Shown here piece after piece: positions 7,476 through 16,573 of a stretch of 16,695 bases of DNA. Made by a program: the position numbers and the translations under genes. The notes beneath the pieces were generated by a model. That model did not search any database. It saw only the letters and a program-made list of their open reading frames with translations, and was not told the origin of the DNA. How positions within the stretch are numbered: the stretch's first letter is position 1; each line of letters starts with the position of its first letter. The DNA comes from Abditibacteriaceae bacterium (GTDB taxonomy: Bacteria > Armatimonadota > Abditibacteriia > Abditibacteriales > Abditibacteriaceae): assembly GCA_031372065.1 (NCBI GenBank), contig JANMKN010000053.1, forward strand, positions 1 to 16,695, given 5' to 3'.

Positions 7476-7706
7476 AGATATTTCAAACATCTCAGCAGAT
7501 TTATTAAATATCTCGGCGGATTATTGGAATATCTCGACGGATTATCGAAATATCTCGCTGTATTATTGAAATATCTCGTTGGATTATCGAAATATCTCGG
7601 CGGATTATTGAAATATCTCGTGGGATTATTGGAATATCTTGACGGATGTTCAATAAATCTGTTGAGATATTCGAAACATCCGACGAGATGTTTTGAATAT
7701 CTCGCC
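7476..7706. repeat. Degenerate tandem array of 11 x 21-bp quasi-palindromic repeats
   Basis: Units start at 7476, 7497, 7518, 7539, 7560, 7581, 7602, 7623, 7644, 7665 and 7686 with no indels. Consensus RGATTATYGAAATATCTCGNN, core GAT-N9-ATC. Confidence 0.95.
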
Positions 7707-7811
7707 GTAGTTTGGCGGGCACACAGTAGGTCGCGCAACAAGAGACGAACATTTGCCTAACTCTACTTTCCGTTGCGCTTGAAAATCTGCTAAAAATGGG
7801 CTGTTTTATCC

Positions 7812-7841
7812 TTGACCTCTCAGCGTGAGGCGCTCTATAAT
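7812..7841 (+). promoter_or_regulatory. Sigma70-type promoter of the beta-helix gene
   Basis: TTGACC (7812-7817), 18 nt, TATAAT (7836-7841), about 100 nt upstream of the ATG. Confidence 0.65.
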
Positions 7842-7943
7842 GCACAATAGACTCGAATCACTATCTTAATGCTAAAGGTTCCAGAATCGGCTTGGATGGC
7901 GTCTTCAGCAATTTAGTCTTTTAGCCGTTAGGAGTTGTTTCTC

Positions 7944-10451
7944 ATGAAAGTTTTTCCTCAGTTTCTCCCGTCGTTCCTTCTGACCACGCTTTGCACCAGT
8001 TTCGTTCTGTTGAACACCGGTATAGTGCAAGCAGCGACGTTTACCGTCGTCAACACCAATGATAGTGGCGCGGGTAGCTTGCGGCAGGCCATTCTCGACG
8101 CGAATGCCAATGCAGGGGCGGATACGATTCGTTTCAACATCGCCGGCTCCGGTGTTCACAGCATCGCGCCTACTTCTGCCCTGCCAAATGTCACCAGTCC
8201 GGCGACGATTGATGGCTACAGTCAACCCGGCGCCACGGCCAACACGTTCATCGGAGAGAACAACGCGGTTATGCAAATTGAACTCGATGGCAGCAACGCT
8301 GGTGAAACAGCCACAGGACTAACCATCACGGCGGGCAATAGCCTCGTGCAAGGTCTGGTCATCAACCGCTTCAAATTGAATGGCATTTTGCTTTATGGGG
8401 GAGGCAGCAACCGCATCAGCGGCAACTTCATTGGCACCGATGTCGGTGGCACAGTAGATCAGGGCAACCGCAAAGTCGGCGTAAAAATCTCCAGTGGTGC
8501 GAGCAATCAGATCGGCGGTGGCACCCCAGCGGAACGCAACGTCATCTCTGGCAATAACACTCACGGGATAGAATTGGCGAACCCCGCCACTAATGGCACT
8601 TTGATTTTCGGCAATTATATAGGCACCGATAAGATTGGCAGGTTGAGCTTAGGCAATCGGTATTATGGCATCAGCCTAAGCAATGGCACCTCTAACAACA
8701 TCATTGGCAGCACACCAGCCACTTCAAGTAATTATGTGAGCGGCAACATAATTGGGGGCAACCTTGCCTATGGTATTCGCTTGATAGATGCAACCACCAC
8801 CGGCAACCAAATAATAGGGAATAGCTTTGGAGTAACCATCAGTAGCTTTTCTGACCTACCCAATGGTTTAGGAGATGCGTTTATTAGCGCGCCTAATAAT
8901 ATCATCGGTGGCCTCTCCAATGGAGCGGGTAATCTTATTGGTGGCACGGCGATGATTTCAGGCGCCACTGCGACTGGCAATCAAGTAGTGGGCAATCCGC
9001 TCATTACGGTGACGATTAATAATGCCCGAAATAACATCGTGGGCGGCACTACAGCCGGAGCAGGCAACACAGGCGCTGTGACAATTCAAGGCAGCAGCGC
9101 AACTGGCAACCAGGTGCTGGGCAATACCTTAAAGAGCGTGCGTATTAACAATGCTCGCAACAACACCATTGGCGGCGCGGCAAGTGGTGCCGCTAATACT
9201 ATCAACGGTGGGATGGGCACATCTAAAGGCGCGTTTGGCGTGACAATTACGGGCAGCGGGGCAAGCGGCAACCAGGTGCTGGGCAACTACATCGGCACCA
9301 ACTCTACCGGCACCGCTGCATCGGGAAGCGATTACGGCGTTTTTATTAACAATGCTCCTAACAACACTGTGGGCGGCACAGTGAGCGGAGCGCGCAACAT
9401 CATCTCCGGCAATGGCTGGGGCGTGATGATTACGGGCAGCGGCGCAACCGGCAATCAGGTGCTGGGCAATTATATCGGCACGAATGCGGCGGGCAACGCT
9501 AAAATTGCCAACTTTTATGGCGTCACCATTGACGGCGCGAACAACAACATTATTGGGGGCACCACGGCAGCGGCGCGCAACATCATTTCCGGCAATGGCA
9601 GCATCGGCATTCAACTCCTCCACGCAGCCACCGGCAATCAAGTGTTGGGCAACTACATTGGCCTCAACGCGGCAGGCACATCGCCCTTGAGCAACAGCGA
9701 TTCAGGCATCTCCCTTTATGAAGCCGATGGCAACACCATTGGCGGGACTACTGCCGGAGCGCGCAACGTGATTTCAGGCAATGGCCGAGGCATCGTCATC
9801 AGTCGCCACAGTGGCTCTGGTAATGTGGTGCTGGGCAATTACATCGGCACCGGCCCGGATGGGCTAACCGCTCGTGGCAACCAGAAAGAAGGCATTCGCT
9901 TTAGTATTGCTTCCAATAACCGCATTGGTGGCCCGAATGCGGGCGAAGGCAATGTGATCGCCTTCAATGGCGACGCCGGTGTGTCTTCCACCACGTCATC
10001 ATTCACTCTACCGCCCGGCACCGGCAATCAGATCGTGGGCAATGCGCTGTTCGCCAATGGCGGTTTGGGCATTGACTTGGCGTTCGATGGCGTCAGCGCC
10101 AACGATGCGGGCGATGGCGATGTGGGCGCTAATAATCTGCAAAACTTCCCTGTCTTGAACAGCGCAGTAGCCGCAGGCAGCACAACGGGACTTGATGGCA
10201 CGCTCAACAGCACGCCCAACCAAGACTATGCCCTTGACTTTTACGCCAGTCCCAGTGCCGACCCGTCAGGCTTCGGCGAGGGCCAAACCTATTTAGGGCG
10301 CATGATCGTGACGACCAACGGCAGCGGCGATGTGAGTTTCAGCTTCGATGCGCTGGGCGACCTGAGCGGTCAGGTTATCACGGCAACAGCCACCAACACC
10401 AGCACGAACGACACCAGCGAATTCAGCCAAGCCGTGGCCGTGACACCATAA
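7944..10451 (+). CDS. Secreted right-handed parallel beta-helix repeat protein (CSLREA-like N-terminus), possible adhesin or surface protein
   Basis: AGGAG SD (7930-7934) before ATG 7944. Signal peptide ending VQA-A; TVVNTNDSGAGSLRQAI motif; many GNQVLGNYIGT and NTIGGTTAGARNVISGN repeats; C-terminal DGDVGANNLQNFPVL...TATAT...TSEFS module. Confidence 0.85.
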   Translation: MKVFPQFLPSFLLTTLCTSFVLLNTGIVQAATFTVVNTNDSGAGSLRQAILDANANAGADTIRFNIAGSGVHSIAPTSALPNVTSPATIDGYSQPGATANTFIGENNAVMQIELDGSNAGETATGLTITAGNSLVQGLVINRFKLNGILLYGGGSNRISGNFIGTDVGGTVDQGNRKVGVKISSGASNQIGGGTPAERNVISGNNTHGIELANPATNGTLIFGNYIGTDKIGRLSLGNRYYGISLSNGTSNNIIGSTPATSSNYVSGNIIGGNLAYGIRLIDATTTGNQIIGNSFGVTISSFSDLPNGLGDAFISAPNNIIGGLSNGAGNLIGGTAMISGATATGNQVVGNPLITVTINNARNNIVGGTTAGAGNTGAVTIQGSSATGNQVLGNTLKSVRINNARNNTIGGAASGAANTINGGMGTSKGAFGVTITGSGASGNQVLGNYIGTNSTGTAASGSDYGVFINNAPNNTVGGTVSGARNIISGNGWGVMITGSGATGNQVLGNYIGTNAAGNAKIANFYGVTIDGANNNIIGGTTAAARNIISGNGSIGIQLLHAATGNQVLGNYIGLNAAGTSPLSNSDSGISLYEADGNTIGGTTAGARNVISGNGRGIVISRHSGSGNVVLGNYIGTGPDGLTARGNQKEGIRFSIASNNRIGGPNAGEGNVIAFNGDAGVSSTTSSFTLPPGTGNQIVGNALFANGGLGIDLAFDGVSANDAGDGDVGANNLQNFPVLNSAVAAGSTTGLDGTLNSTPNQDYALDFYASPSADPSGFGEGQTYLGRMIVTTNGSGDVSFSFDALGDLSGQVITATATNTSTNDTSEFSQAVAVTP

Positions 10452-10542
10452 AACGCGCAGCCCGCAGAAAGCAATGTCGCCACTCATTCTTGATTCGCGA
10501 TAGATTCTTCCGGGTGCGCTTTAGGCAGGTTCGAATGACAAA

Positions 10543-10580
10543 CGAAAGGCACAAAATCATTCCCGATTTTGTGCCTTTCG
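10543..10580. terminator. Probable bidirectional terminator between convergent genes
   Basis: Perfect 16-bp stem CGAAAGGCACAAAATC / GATTTTGTGCCTTTCG with a 6-nt loop, 17 nt past the stop of the FN3 gene. Confidence 0.75.
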
Positions 10581-10597
10581 CTTGCAAAATGCAAATC

Positions 10598-13500
10598 TTA
10601 CGGCGTGGTGCGCGTGGTAATTTCGATGGTTTTGCCGTTCAAGGCGGCGCCACCGGCTTGGGCAGTCCAGCGCAAAATGTAGGCGGTGTTCGGCCACAAA
10701 TAGCCAATGCGCAAGGGTTGCCCTTCGCCGGAAGCCAAAAGAGTGGCAGGCACGAAGACAGCGTTTTGCGCGTTGCGCGGGCGGATTTCAAGCGTCATTT
10801 GGGCGGCGCCGGGTGGCACATCTTGCGGTTGCACCCAGATTTCACTCGTGCCCACAGCCATCACGCCCGGCGCAGGCAACTGCGTGAGATTTTCACCCGG
10901 CTTTACAACAATCTCCGGGCCGCTGACTGGCGCGCTGTCCGGCTCGCCGACGGCGACCCAACGCAAACGATAATCATGCTCCCGCTCCATGCCCCACAGT
11001 TCCACAGGCGCGCCTTCTGCGGCAGCTTGCGCATCGGCAAAGTCGCCCACAGGGTCATTGGAAGCCTTCACCTGCAAACGCAAATAACGCGCACCCGGCG
11101 GCAATTGCGGCGCAATTAAGCGGGCCATGACGCCGCCGCCTTGCGTCGAGAAACTTTCGATTTGCGGCGCTTCGGGCGTCTGCACCGGCAGCGTTTCGGC
11201 TTCGGTAGACAATGTGGACGAGGGGCCATAGATGCGCCCTTGCGGGCCATCGGCCACCCAACGCACACGATAATTGGCATTAGGTGCAAGTCCGCGCAGC
11301 GCCACGGCAAAGCCTTCGGAAGTTTCCACCAATTCTTCGAGTTGCGCGCTTTGAAAAGCGGTGTCCTCTTCTTCCCAACCGCGAATTTCCAGCGCGCCCA
11401 ACTTGTAGCCTTCGGGCAACGCCGGCACGGCAGCTAAGGCGCCTTTGGCTGTCGCACGCGTCAAAAGCGGCACTGGCACACCGTTATTAGTTTGGTTTTC
11501 CGGCGGAAATACCGAATCGGGAATTTCTAACGCTGGATTGCCCGCTGGCGGATTACCCACTGGCGGAATGTCTGGATAAACCGGCGGGTTTGTGCCATTT
11601 GCAGGAAAACCCGGTGCGGGAACCGTATTTGGCGTGCCCGGTTGTGGCAGCATAACGCGCGTTGCTGTGCCCGGCGTGCGACCTGCCGCGCCAATCGCCA
11701 CATACCGAAATTCATAAACCGTGCCCGGTTGGACTTCGCCAATGCGACCCGGTGCGCCACCAGCGAGGCCAACGATTAAGTCCTGCCACTCTCCCCCAGT
11801 GTTCGTGCCCGTATCCGTTGCAACGCGGCCTTGCAAAGTCAGCGACAGCGCGCGTTCCGGCAAGGGAGGAGCGGTCAGCAAAATGCCTTGGGCGTTCGCT
11901 TCGGCGACAATCGGCTCGGCGGGCGCCTCCGGCGCGTAAGCGGCGGGCTGCACAGGCAACGGCGTGCCGGGCGGCACCGTCGGATAATTCGGCGTGTAAA
12001 CCGGCGGCTGATAAGCGTTCGGATCGTTCGGAAACACCGGCGGATAATTGTTCGGATAGGGATACGAATTTGGATACGGATAATTGTTCGGATACGGGTA
12101 AGTATTCGGATAGGGATAACCCGGATTCGGATAAGTCGGGGGGTAGTTCGGTGGATAATTGCCGCCCCAACCGTCGGTTGTCACAGTTGCCACGCGTCCG
12201 ATGATGGAACCACCGCGCCCAAACGCCACAGCGCGAAACGCATAAGCCGTGCCGGGACGCAAACCGGTCACCGGAACATAGGCGCCGCCATCCAAACCGC
12301 GCGCGATGTCACGATAGGCCCAGTCGTCCTGCCATTCGGTTTTTTGTTGCAACGTCAGAGAAGTAGCTCCTTGGGGCAGCCACGGAACGCGCACATTGAC
12401 ACTGGTTTGCGTCACGCCCGAAAACGAAGGACGCGATGGCGATTCGGGAGCGCCTTGCTGGGTTGTCACGTTAGCAGAGGCGCCTTCGGTTTGCCCGCCG
12501 GGGCCTACCGCTAAATAGCGAAATGTGTATTCTGTGCCGTCATCCAAGCCGGTCACATTGGTGCTTTCACGGCCCGCCACGCCATTGGCGACGGTGCGAA
12601 AATAACGGTCATTGAAATCGCTCCGCTTGCGCTGCAAAATCAGCGACGTAGTCCGCGCCGGGAGCGCCGGGGCCGCCACACCAACACTATAACGTGTCAC
12701 ATTGAAAAAGCGAGGCCGTCCCGGCGCTTGTGGCGCGGTTTCGGGATGTGGATTAGGATTCGGATTTGGGTTCGGGTTTGGGTTGGGATTTGGGTTCGGG
12801 CGCGGATCAGGCCCAAGTGGGCGCGTGCGCACCGTCAATTGAGTGCTGGGCGTCGCGCCATTTGGCCCGACAGCTATCCAACGAAACGCATAGTTGGTGT
12901 TCGCCTGTAATTTATCAATCGTGGTCGTTTCGCCGCCTTTCAAATTGGTGGCGACATTGATATAAAAGCCGAAACCTGCTGCCCGTGCCCGTTGTAAGAT
13001 CAGCGAAGTCGCACCGGCGGGCAAGGGCGGCGCCGTGATGCTGATGCTGTCATCCGAAACGTGGCTCGCCGCCGGTGCAGCGGGCACTTCAGGCGGGCGA
13101 TTAGTCGTCGGTGGCGTCGTGGGGCGCGCTGGCGTCGGGTCAATTTCAGGACGCGGCAGTGGATTGGGCTTTGGCGTAGGCTTTTCTTCCGGCTTTGGAT
13201 TGCGGCTTGGCCCTGTCCACGGTTTTGGCTTTTCTTCCGGTTTTGGTTCTGGCCTCGGTTCCGGCTTTGGCTCCGGTTTGGGTTCGGGCTTCTCCTCCGG
13301 TTTGGGTTCGGGCTTCTCCTCTGGCTTCGGTTCCGGTTTCGGGTCACGCTTTGGGCCAGTCCAAGGATCGCGCTTGGGCTTTTCTTCTGGCTTCGGTGCG
13401 GGTTGAGGTTCGGGCGGCGGCGCAGGTTTTGGTTCTGGCTTAGGCTCCGGTTTGGGTTCGCGTTTTGGGCCTGTCCACGGCTCACGTTTTGGTTTTCCTT

Positions 13501-13834
13501 CCGGTTTTTCTTCGGGTTTGGGTTCCGGTCTCGGCTCGCGTTTCGGCCCTGTCCACGGCTCGCGCTTGGGAGTTTCCTTGGGTTCGTCCTTCGGCTCTTC
13601 TTTGGGTTTCTCTTTCGGCTCGTCTTTTTTGGTGTCTTTTTCTGGTTCGGGCTGGGGACGAGGCGAGCGCGGCAAGGGAAATCCGCGTTGTGCCGAGGCC
13701 GGAGATGATGACAGCAAAACTGGCGCGGCAAGAAGTGACCATGCTGCCAATAAAAACAAAGCGCGACGTAAAGGAAAACTCAAAAAACGTGACGGCTGAT
13801 TGAATTGTTGGTTGACATCAGGCGGTGCAATCAT
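10598..13834 (-). CDS. Secreted Pro-rich protein with seven fibronectin type III-like modules
   Basis: GGAG SD; signal peptide ending ASA-Q; long PEPK/PEEK region. Seven ~90-aa modules ending in GL.PGT.Y.FR..A.G-type FN3 signatures, with (PN)n and YPN-repeat linkers. Confidence 0.85.
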   Translation of the reverse strand: MIAPPDVNQQFNQPSRFLSFPLRRALFLLAAWSLLAAPVLLSSSPASAQRGFPLPRSPRPQPEPEKDTKKDEPKEKPKEEPKDEPKETPKREPWTGPKREPRPEPKPEEKPEGKPKREPWTGPKREPKPEPKPEPKPAPPPEPQPAPKPEEKPKRDPWTGPKRDPKPEPKPEEKPEPKPEEKPEPKPEPKPEPRPEPKPEEKPKPWTGPSRNPKPEEKPTPKPNPLPRPEIDPTPARPTTPPTTNRPPEVPAAPAASHVSDDSISITAPPLPAGATSLILQRARAAGFGFYINVATNLKGGETTTIDKLQANTNYAFRWIAVGPNGATPSTQLTVRTRPLGPDPRPNPNPNPNPNPNPNPNPHPETAPQAPGRPRFFNVTRYSVGVAAPALPARTTSLILQRKRSDFNDRYFRTVANGVAGRESTNVTGLDDGTEYTFRYLAVGPGGQTEGASANVTTQQGAPESPSRPSFSGVTQTSVNVRVPWLPQGATSLTLQQKTEWQDDWAYRDIARGLDGGAYVPVTGLRPGTAYAFRAVAFGRGGSIIGRVATVTTDGWGGNYPPNYPPTYPNPGYPYPNTYPYPNNYPYPNSYPYPNNYPPVFPNDPNAYQPPVYTPNYPTVPPGTPLPVQPAAYAPEAPAEPIVAEANAQGILLTAPPLPERALSLTLQGRVATDTGTNTGGEWQDLIVGLAGGAPGRIGEVQPGTVYEFRYVAIGAAGRTPGTATRVMLPQPGTPNTVPAPGFPANGTNPPVYPDIPPVGNPPAGNPALEIPDSVFPPENQTNNGVPVPLLTRATAKGALAAVPALPEGYKLGALEIRGWEEEDTAFQSAQLEELVETSEGFAVALRGLAPNANYRVRWVADGPQGRIYGPSSTLSTEAETLPVQTPEAPQIESFSTQGGGVMARLIAPQLPPGARYLRLQVKASNDPVGDFADAQAAAEGAPVELWGMEREHDYRLRWVAVGEPDSAPVSGPEIVVKPGENLTQLPAPGVMAVGTSEIWVQPQDVPPGAAQMTLEIRPRNAQNAVFVPATLLASGEGQPLRIGYLWPNTAYILRWTAQAGGAALNGKTIEITTRTTP
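13160..13650 (-). repeat. Coding low-complexity repeats (PEPK/PEEK with four PWTGP motifs)
   Basis: PWTGP encoded near 13547-13558, 13469-13480, 13355-13366 and 13211-13222, with synonymous variation between copies. Confidence 0.85.
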
Positions 13835-13917
13835 TATTTTCTCCGGGAAACTTCAATTTGGCGCTGCGATGACGATATGTTTCTGGCTAAGTTCTATGCC
13901 ACCCGCACCGCATTTGC

Positions 13918-13947
13918 TTGCCCCCACAGGGGTCGCCGTTCTAAACT
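13918..13947 (+). promoter_or_regulatory. Putative sigma70-type promoter for the Trm112-like gene
   Basis: TTGCCC (13918-13923), 18 nt, TAAACT (13942-13947), 40 nt before ATG 13988. Confidence 0.45.
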
Positions 13948-13987
13948 CGCGGGCGCAACACAAAAATGTAACGCACGAAAAATTGTT

Positions 13988-14185
13988 ATGCCCCTTCTTG
14001 ATCCTCATTTGGCAGAATTGTTGGTTTGCCCACTGTGCCACGGCGCCCTCGACAGCGAAGAAACCAAGGCGCAGTTGCGATGCCGAGACTGTGACCGCGT
14101 TTATCCGGTGCGCGATTTTCCGATTATGATGCCCGCAGCGGATGCACTGTCGAACAACGCAGCCACTTCGTCAGAAGTCAACTGA
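13988..14185 (+). CDS. Trm112 family (YcaR-like) zinc-ribbon protein
   Basis: MPLLDPHLAELLVCPLCHGAL...LRCRDCDRVYPVRDFPIMM has two CxxC pairs and the LDxxLxELLVCP start typical of Trm112. Start moved from the track's 13805 to ATG 13988. Confidence 0.85.
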   Translation: MPLLDPHLAELLVCPLCHGALDSEETKAQLRCRDCDRVYPVRDFPIMMPAADALSNNAATSSEVN

Positions 14186-14258
14186 TTAATACGGCCTCAA
14201 TTTGGTTATAACATAAGGGCGCTTGCGCAGTGCAAGACGCCTCGATTTCCATCAACTT

Positions 14259-15218
14259 ATGCCCCTCATCAGCGCCGGGTCGCCCTCGAAGCCGGCTGAA
14301 TCCGTTGATTTATCGGTAGTCATTCTCAATTGGAACGCACGCGATTATTTGTTCGCGGCGCTGACTTCTATTGTCAGCCAATCGTGGCAGCATAACATCG
14401 AAGCAATCGTTGTAGATAACCATTCACTGCTCGATAATTCCGCCGCTATGGTGCGCGCTGATTTTCCGCAGGTGACGCTCATCGAAACAGGGCGCAATCT
14501 TGGATTTTCGGCGGGTAATAACGTCGGCTTGCGCGCCGCGTGTGGGCGTTACATTTTGTTTCTCAATCCCGACACGGTGACCCACGAAAAGGCCTTCGAT
14601 ATTTTGATTGATTGGATGGACGCGCATCCCGAAGCTGGCGCCTGTGGGCCGAGGCTGTTCAATACGGATGGTTCGCTTCAAGCCTCTTGTCGCGCCTTTC
14701 CCTCGTTCGGCGCGGGATTGTTTCGCAACACGCTGCTGGGGCGCTTATTTCCCAATAATCCGTGGTCGCGCGGCTATTTGATGCAGGATTTTCAGCACAA
14801 TCAAGAACAACCCGTAGATTGGCTGTCCGGCTCGGCATTGATGGTGCGCCGCGACGCACTTGAGCAAATCGGCGGCGGCTGGGACGAAAGCTATTTCATG
14901 TATTGCGAAGTCGTGGACTTGTGTTATCGTTTAAAGACCAAAGGCTGGCCGCGTTTTTATGTGCCACAGGCAACACTGACGCACCACATCGGCAAATCCA
15001 GCGACTGGGCGATGGGCGCCATGATTCGCCGCCATCACGCTTCGATGCTGCGTTTTTATTTCAAGCACTACGCGCGCGGTTGGGGCTGGCTCGGCGCGCC
15101 GTTGGCGATTCTTGGCGTCGGCGCGCGCGCGACGGGCGCCGTTTTGAAATTGTATTATCGCTATTTCCAAAGCGGGCGCTTTAATCAAATGGTCAAAAAC
15201 AAATTGGGGCGTCCTTAA
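14259..15218 (+). CDS. Glycosyltransferase family 2 (WbbL/rhamnosyltransferase-like)
   Basis: Motifs LSVVILNWN, IVVDNHS, NLGFSAGNN, ILFLNPD, VDWLSGSALMVRR, WDESYFMYCE.VDLC, HHIGKS. Start uncertain (14223 or 14259). Confidence 0.9.
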   Translation: MPLISAGSPSKPAESVDLSVVILNWNARDYLFAALTSIVSQSWQHNIEAIVVDNHSLLDNSAAMVRADFPQVTLIETGRNLGFSAGNNVGLRAACGRYILFLNPDTVTHEKAFDILIDWMDAHPEAGACGPRLFNTDGSLQASCRAFPSFGAGLFRNTLLGRLFPNNPWSRGYLMQDFQHNQEQPVDWLSGSALMVRRDALEQIGGGWDESYFMYCEVVDLCYRLKTKGWPRFYVPQATLTHHIGKSSDWAMGAMIRRHHASMLRFYFKHYARGWGWLGAPLAILGVGARATGAVLKLYYRYFQSGRFNQMVKNKLGRP

Positions 15219-15219
15219 A

Positions 15220-16461
15220 ATGCAAATTACTTTTCACGGCATCGCGACAGGCGGCGAAGGCGCCGGACGCGATAGCAACGGGCGCACCGTTTTCGCGCCT
15301 TTTGCCGCGCCGGGCGACATCGCTCAAGTTGAAATTGAAGAACAACGCAAAAGTTTCGCGCGTGGCAAAATCATTCATCTCGAAACTGCTTCGCCGCAAC
15401 GGGTCGCGCCACCCTGCCCTTATTACTTGCCGCAAGGCGACGCACCTTCATGCGGCGGTTGCCAGATTCAGCATTTGAACTACCCGGCGCAATTACAAGC
15501 CAAAACGCAACTCGTGCGTGATGCGCTGACCCGCATCGGCGGCTTCGAGGCGCCACTGGTAGAAGATTGCCTTGCGTCACCGCAAGAGTTTGGTTATCGC
15601 AATAAAGCGCAGTTTTTCGTCGGCGACGATGGTGCCATTGGCTTTCATGCGCGACGCACGCATCATGTGGTGGACATCGAAAAATGTCCGCTTGTGCAAG
15701 CGCCGATTAACGAAGTTTTGAGCGAAATGCGCCACGCTTTGCAGGAAAATACGACGTTTGGCAACGCCGTAAAAAGTTTTCGTGTGCGGGCAGATTCGTC
15801 GGGACAAATCGCGCTCGAAATCGCGTGGCAGGAAGGCTTTTCAGGCGACAAAAAAGCGTTTTTCACGGAAATGCGCGCCAAATTGTCCGCTTTAATTGAC
15901 CCGTATCAGCATAAATTAGCAGAACAAATCGGCGACCTCAAATTTCAACCGGGCGCCTTTGATTTCTTTCAAGTTAATTCGTCGCTCACGCCGCAATTGG
16001 TGCAAACCGCCATGCAAATGGCGGATGCAAAAAAAGGCCAGCGCGTCCTTGATTTGTTCTGCGGCACCGGTTTGTTCGGCGTCTTTATGGCCCACGCCAA
16101 AGCGCGCGTGGACGGCGTAGACCTGAAAGAACATCTCAGTGCCAATGCGCGCCTTAACGGTTTGAATGCGCGCGGCATTCGCGCCAACGCCGCGCGTTTT
16201 TTGCAGCGCGCCGTGAAAAACAATGAAAAATATGATGTGATTCTGCTTGACCCGCCACGCGAGGGCGCCGCCGAATGCCTCGAATCACTTGTCGAATTGG
16301 CGCCCGCGCGCCTTGTCTACGTTTCCTGCGACCCGGCCACTTTATCACGCGACGCAAAATTTTTAGCCGCGCACAATTTCCCCCTACAACGCGCTGTGCC
16401 GCTGGATATGTTCCCGCAAACTGCGCACGTCGAAACCGTCGCGCTTTTTGAAAAGTATTGA
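15220..16461 (+). CDS. rlmD: 23S rRNA (uracil-C5)-methyltransferase RlmD/RumA family
   Basis: N-terminal TRAM domain; Fe-S ligands CPYY...CGGCQ...C; YRNKAQF; FFQVN; SAM motif LDLFCGTG; LDPPREG; YVSCDPATLSRD; DMFPQTAHVE. Confidence 0.93.
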   Translation: MQITFHGIATGGEGAGRDSNGRTVFAPFAAPGDIAQVEIEEQRKSFARGKIIHLETASPQRVAPPCPYYLPQGDAPSCGGCQIQHLNYPAQLQAKTQLVRDALTRIGGFEAPLVEDCLASPQEFGYRNKAQFFVGDDGAIGFHARRTHHVVDIEKCPLVQAPINEVLSEMRHALQENTTFGNAVKSFRVRADSSGQIALEIAWQEGFSGDKKAFFTEMRAKLSALIDPYQHKLAEQIGDLKFQPGAFDFFQVNSSLTPQLVQTAMQMADAKKGQRVLDLFCGTGLFGVFMAHAKARVDGVDLKEHLSANARLNGLNARGIRANAARFLQRAVKNNEKYDVILLDPPREGAAECLESLVELAPARLVYVSCDPATLSRDAKFLAAHNFPLQRAVPLDMFPQTAHVETVALFEKY

Positions 16462-16476
16462 GAAGTTTCAGCATTC

Positions 16477-16525
16477 AGGCACCAAAAGCGCGTTTCTCGC
16501 CTGAGAAACGCGCTTTTTGGTGCCT
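16477..16525. terminator. Long hairpin downstream of rlmD, probable terminator
   Basis: AGGCACCAAAAGCGCGTTTCTC, GCCT loop, GAGAAACGCGCTTTTTGGTGCCT: 22-bp stem with one bulge. Confidence 0.7.
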
Positions 16526-16573
16526 CCGAAGTCGAAATCAATTACCAAAAGAGACGCTTTGCCTATAGGAGGT

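Noticed and set aside
7476..7706. CRISPR array interpretation of the 21-bp repeats
   Set aside because: The units are contiguous with only 2-5 variable nt, there are no 25-45 nt unique spacers, and there are no cas genes in the window.
10490..11119. 209-aa plus-strand ORF
   Set aside because: It is antisense to the FN3 gene, runs through the terminator hairpin and has no recognisable motif.
13000..13803. Several long Gly/Phe/Ser- or Arg-rich ORFs in alternative frames
   Set aside because: They are frame and antisense shadows of the low-complexity PEPK coding repeat.
13805..13987. Longer start for the Trm112-like ORF
   Set aside because: It would overlap the divergent gene's start and the promoter region; family similarity begins at ATG 13988.
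13988..16461. Trm112-like protein as activator of the neighbouring RlmD
   Set aside because: RlmD-family enzymes are not known to need Trm112, and bacterial Trm112-like genes often sit beside envelope genes; proximity alone is not evidence.
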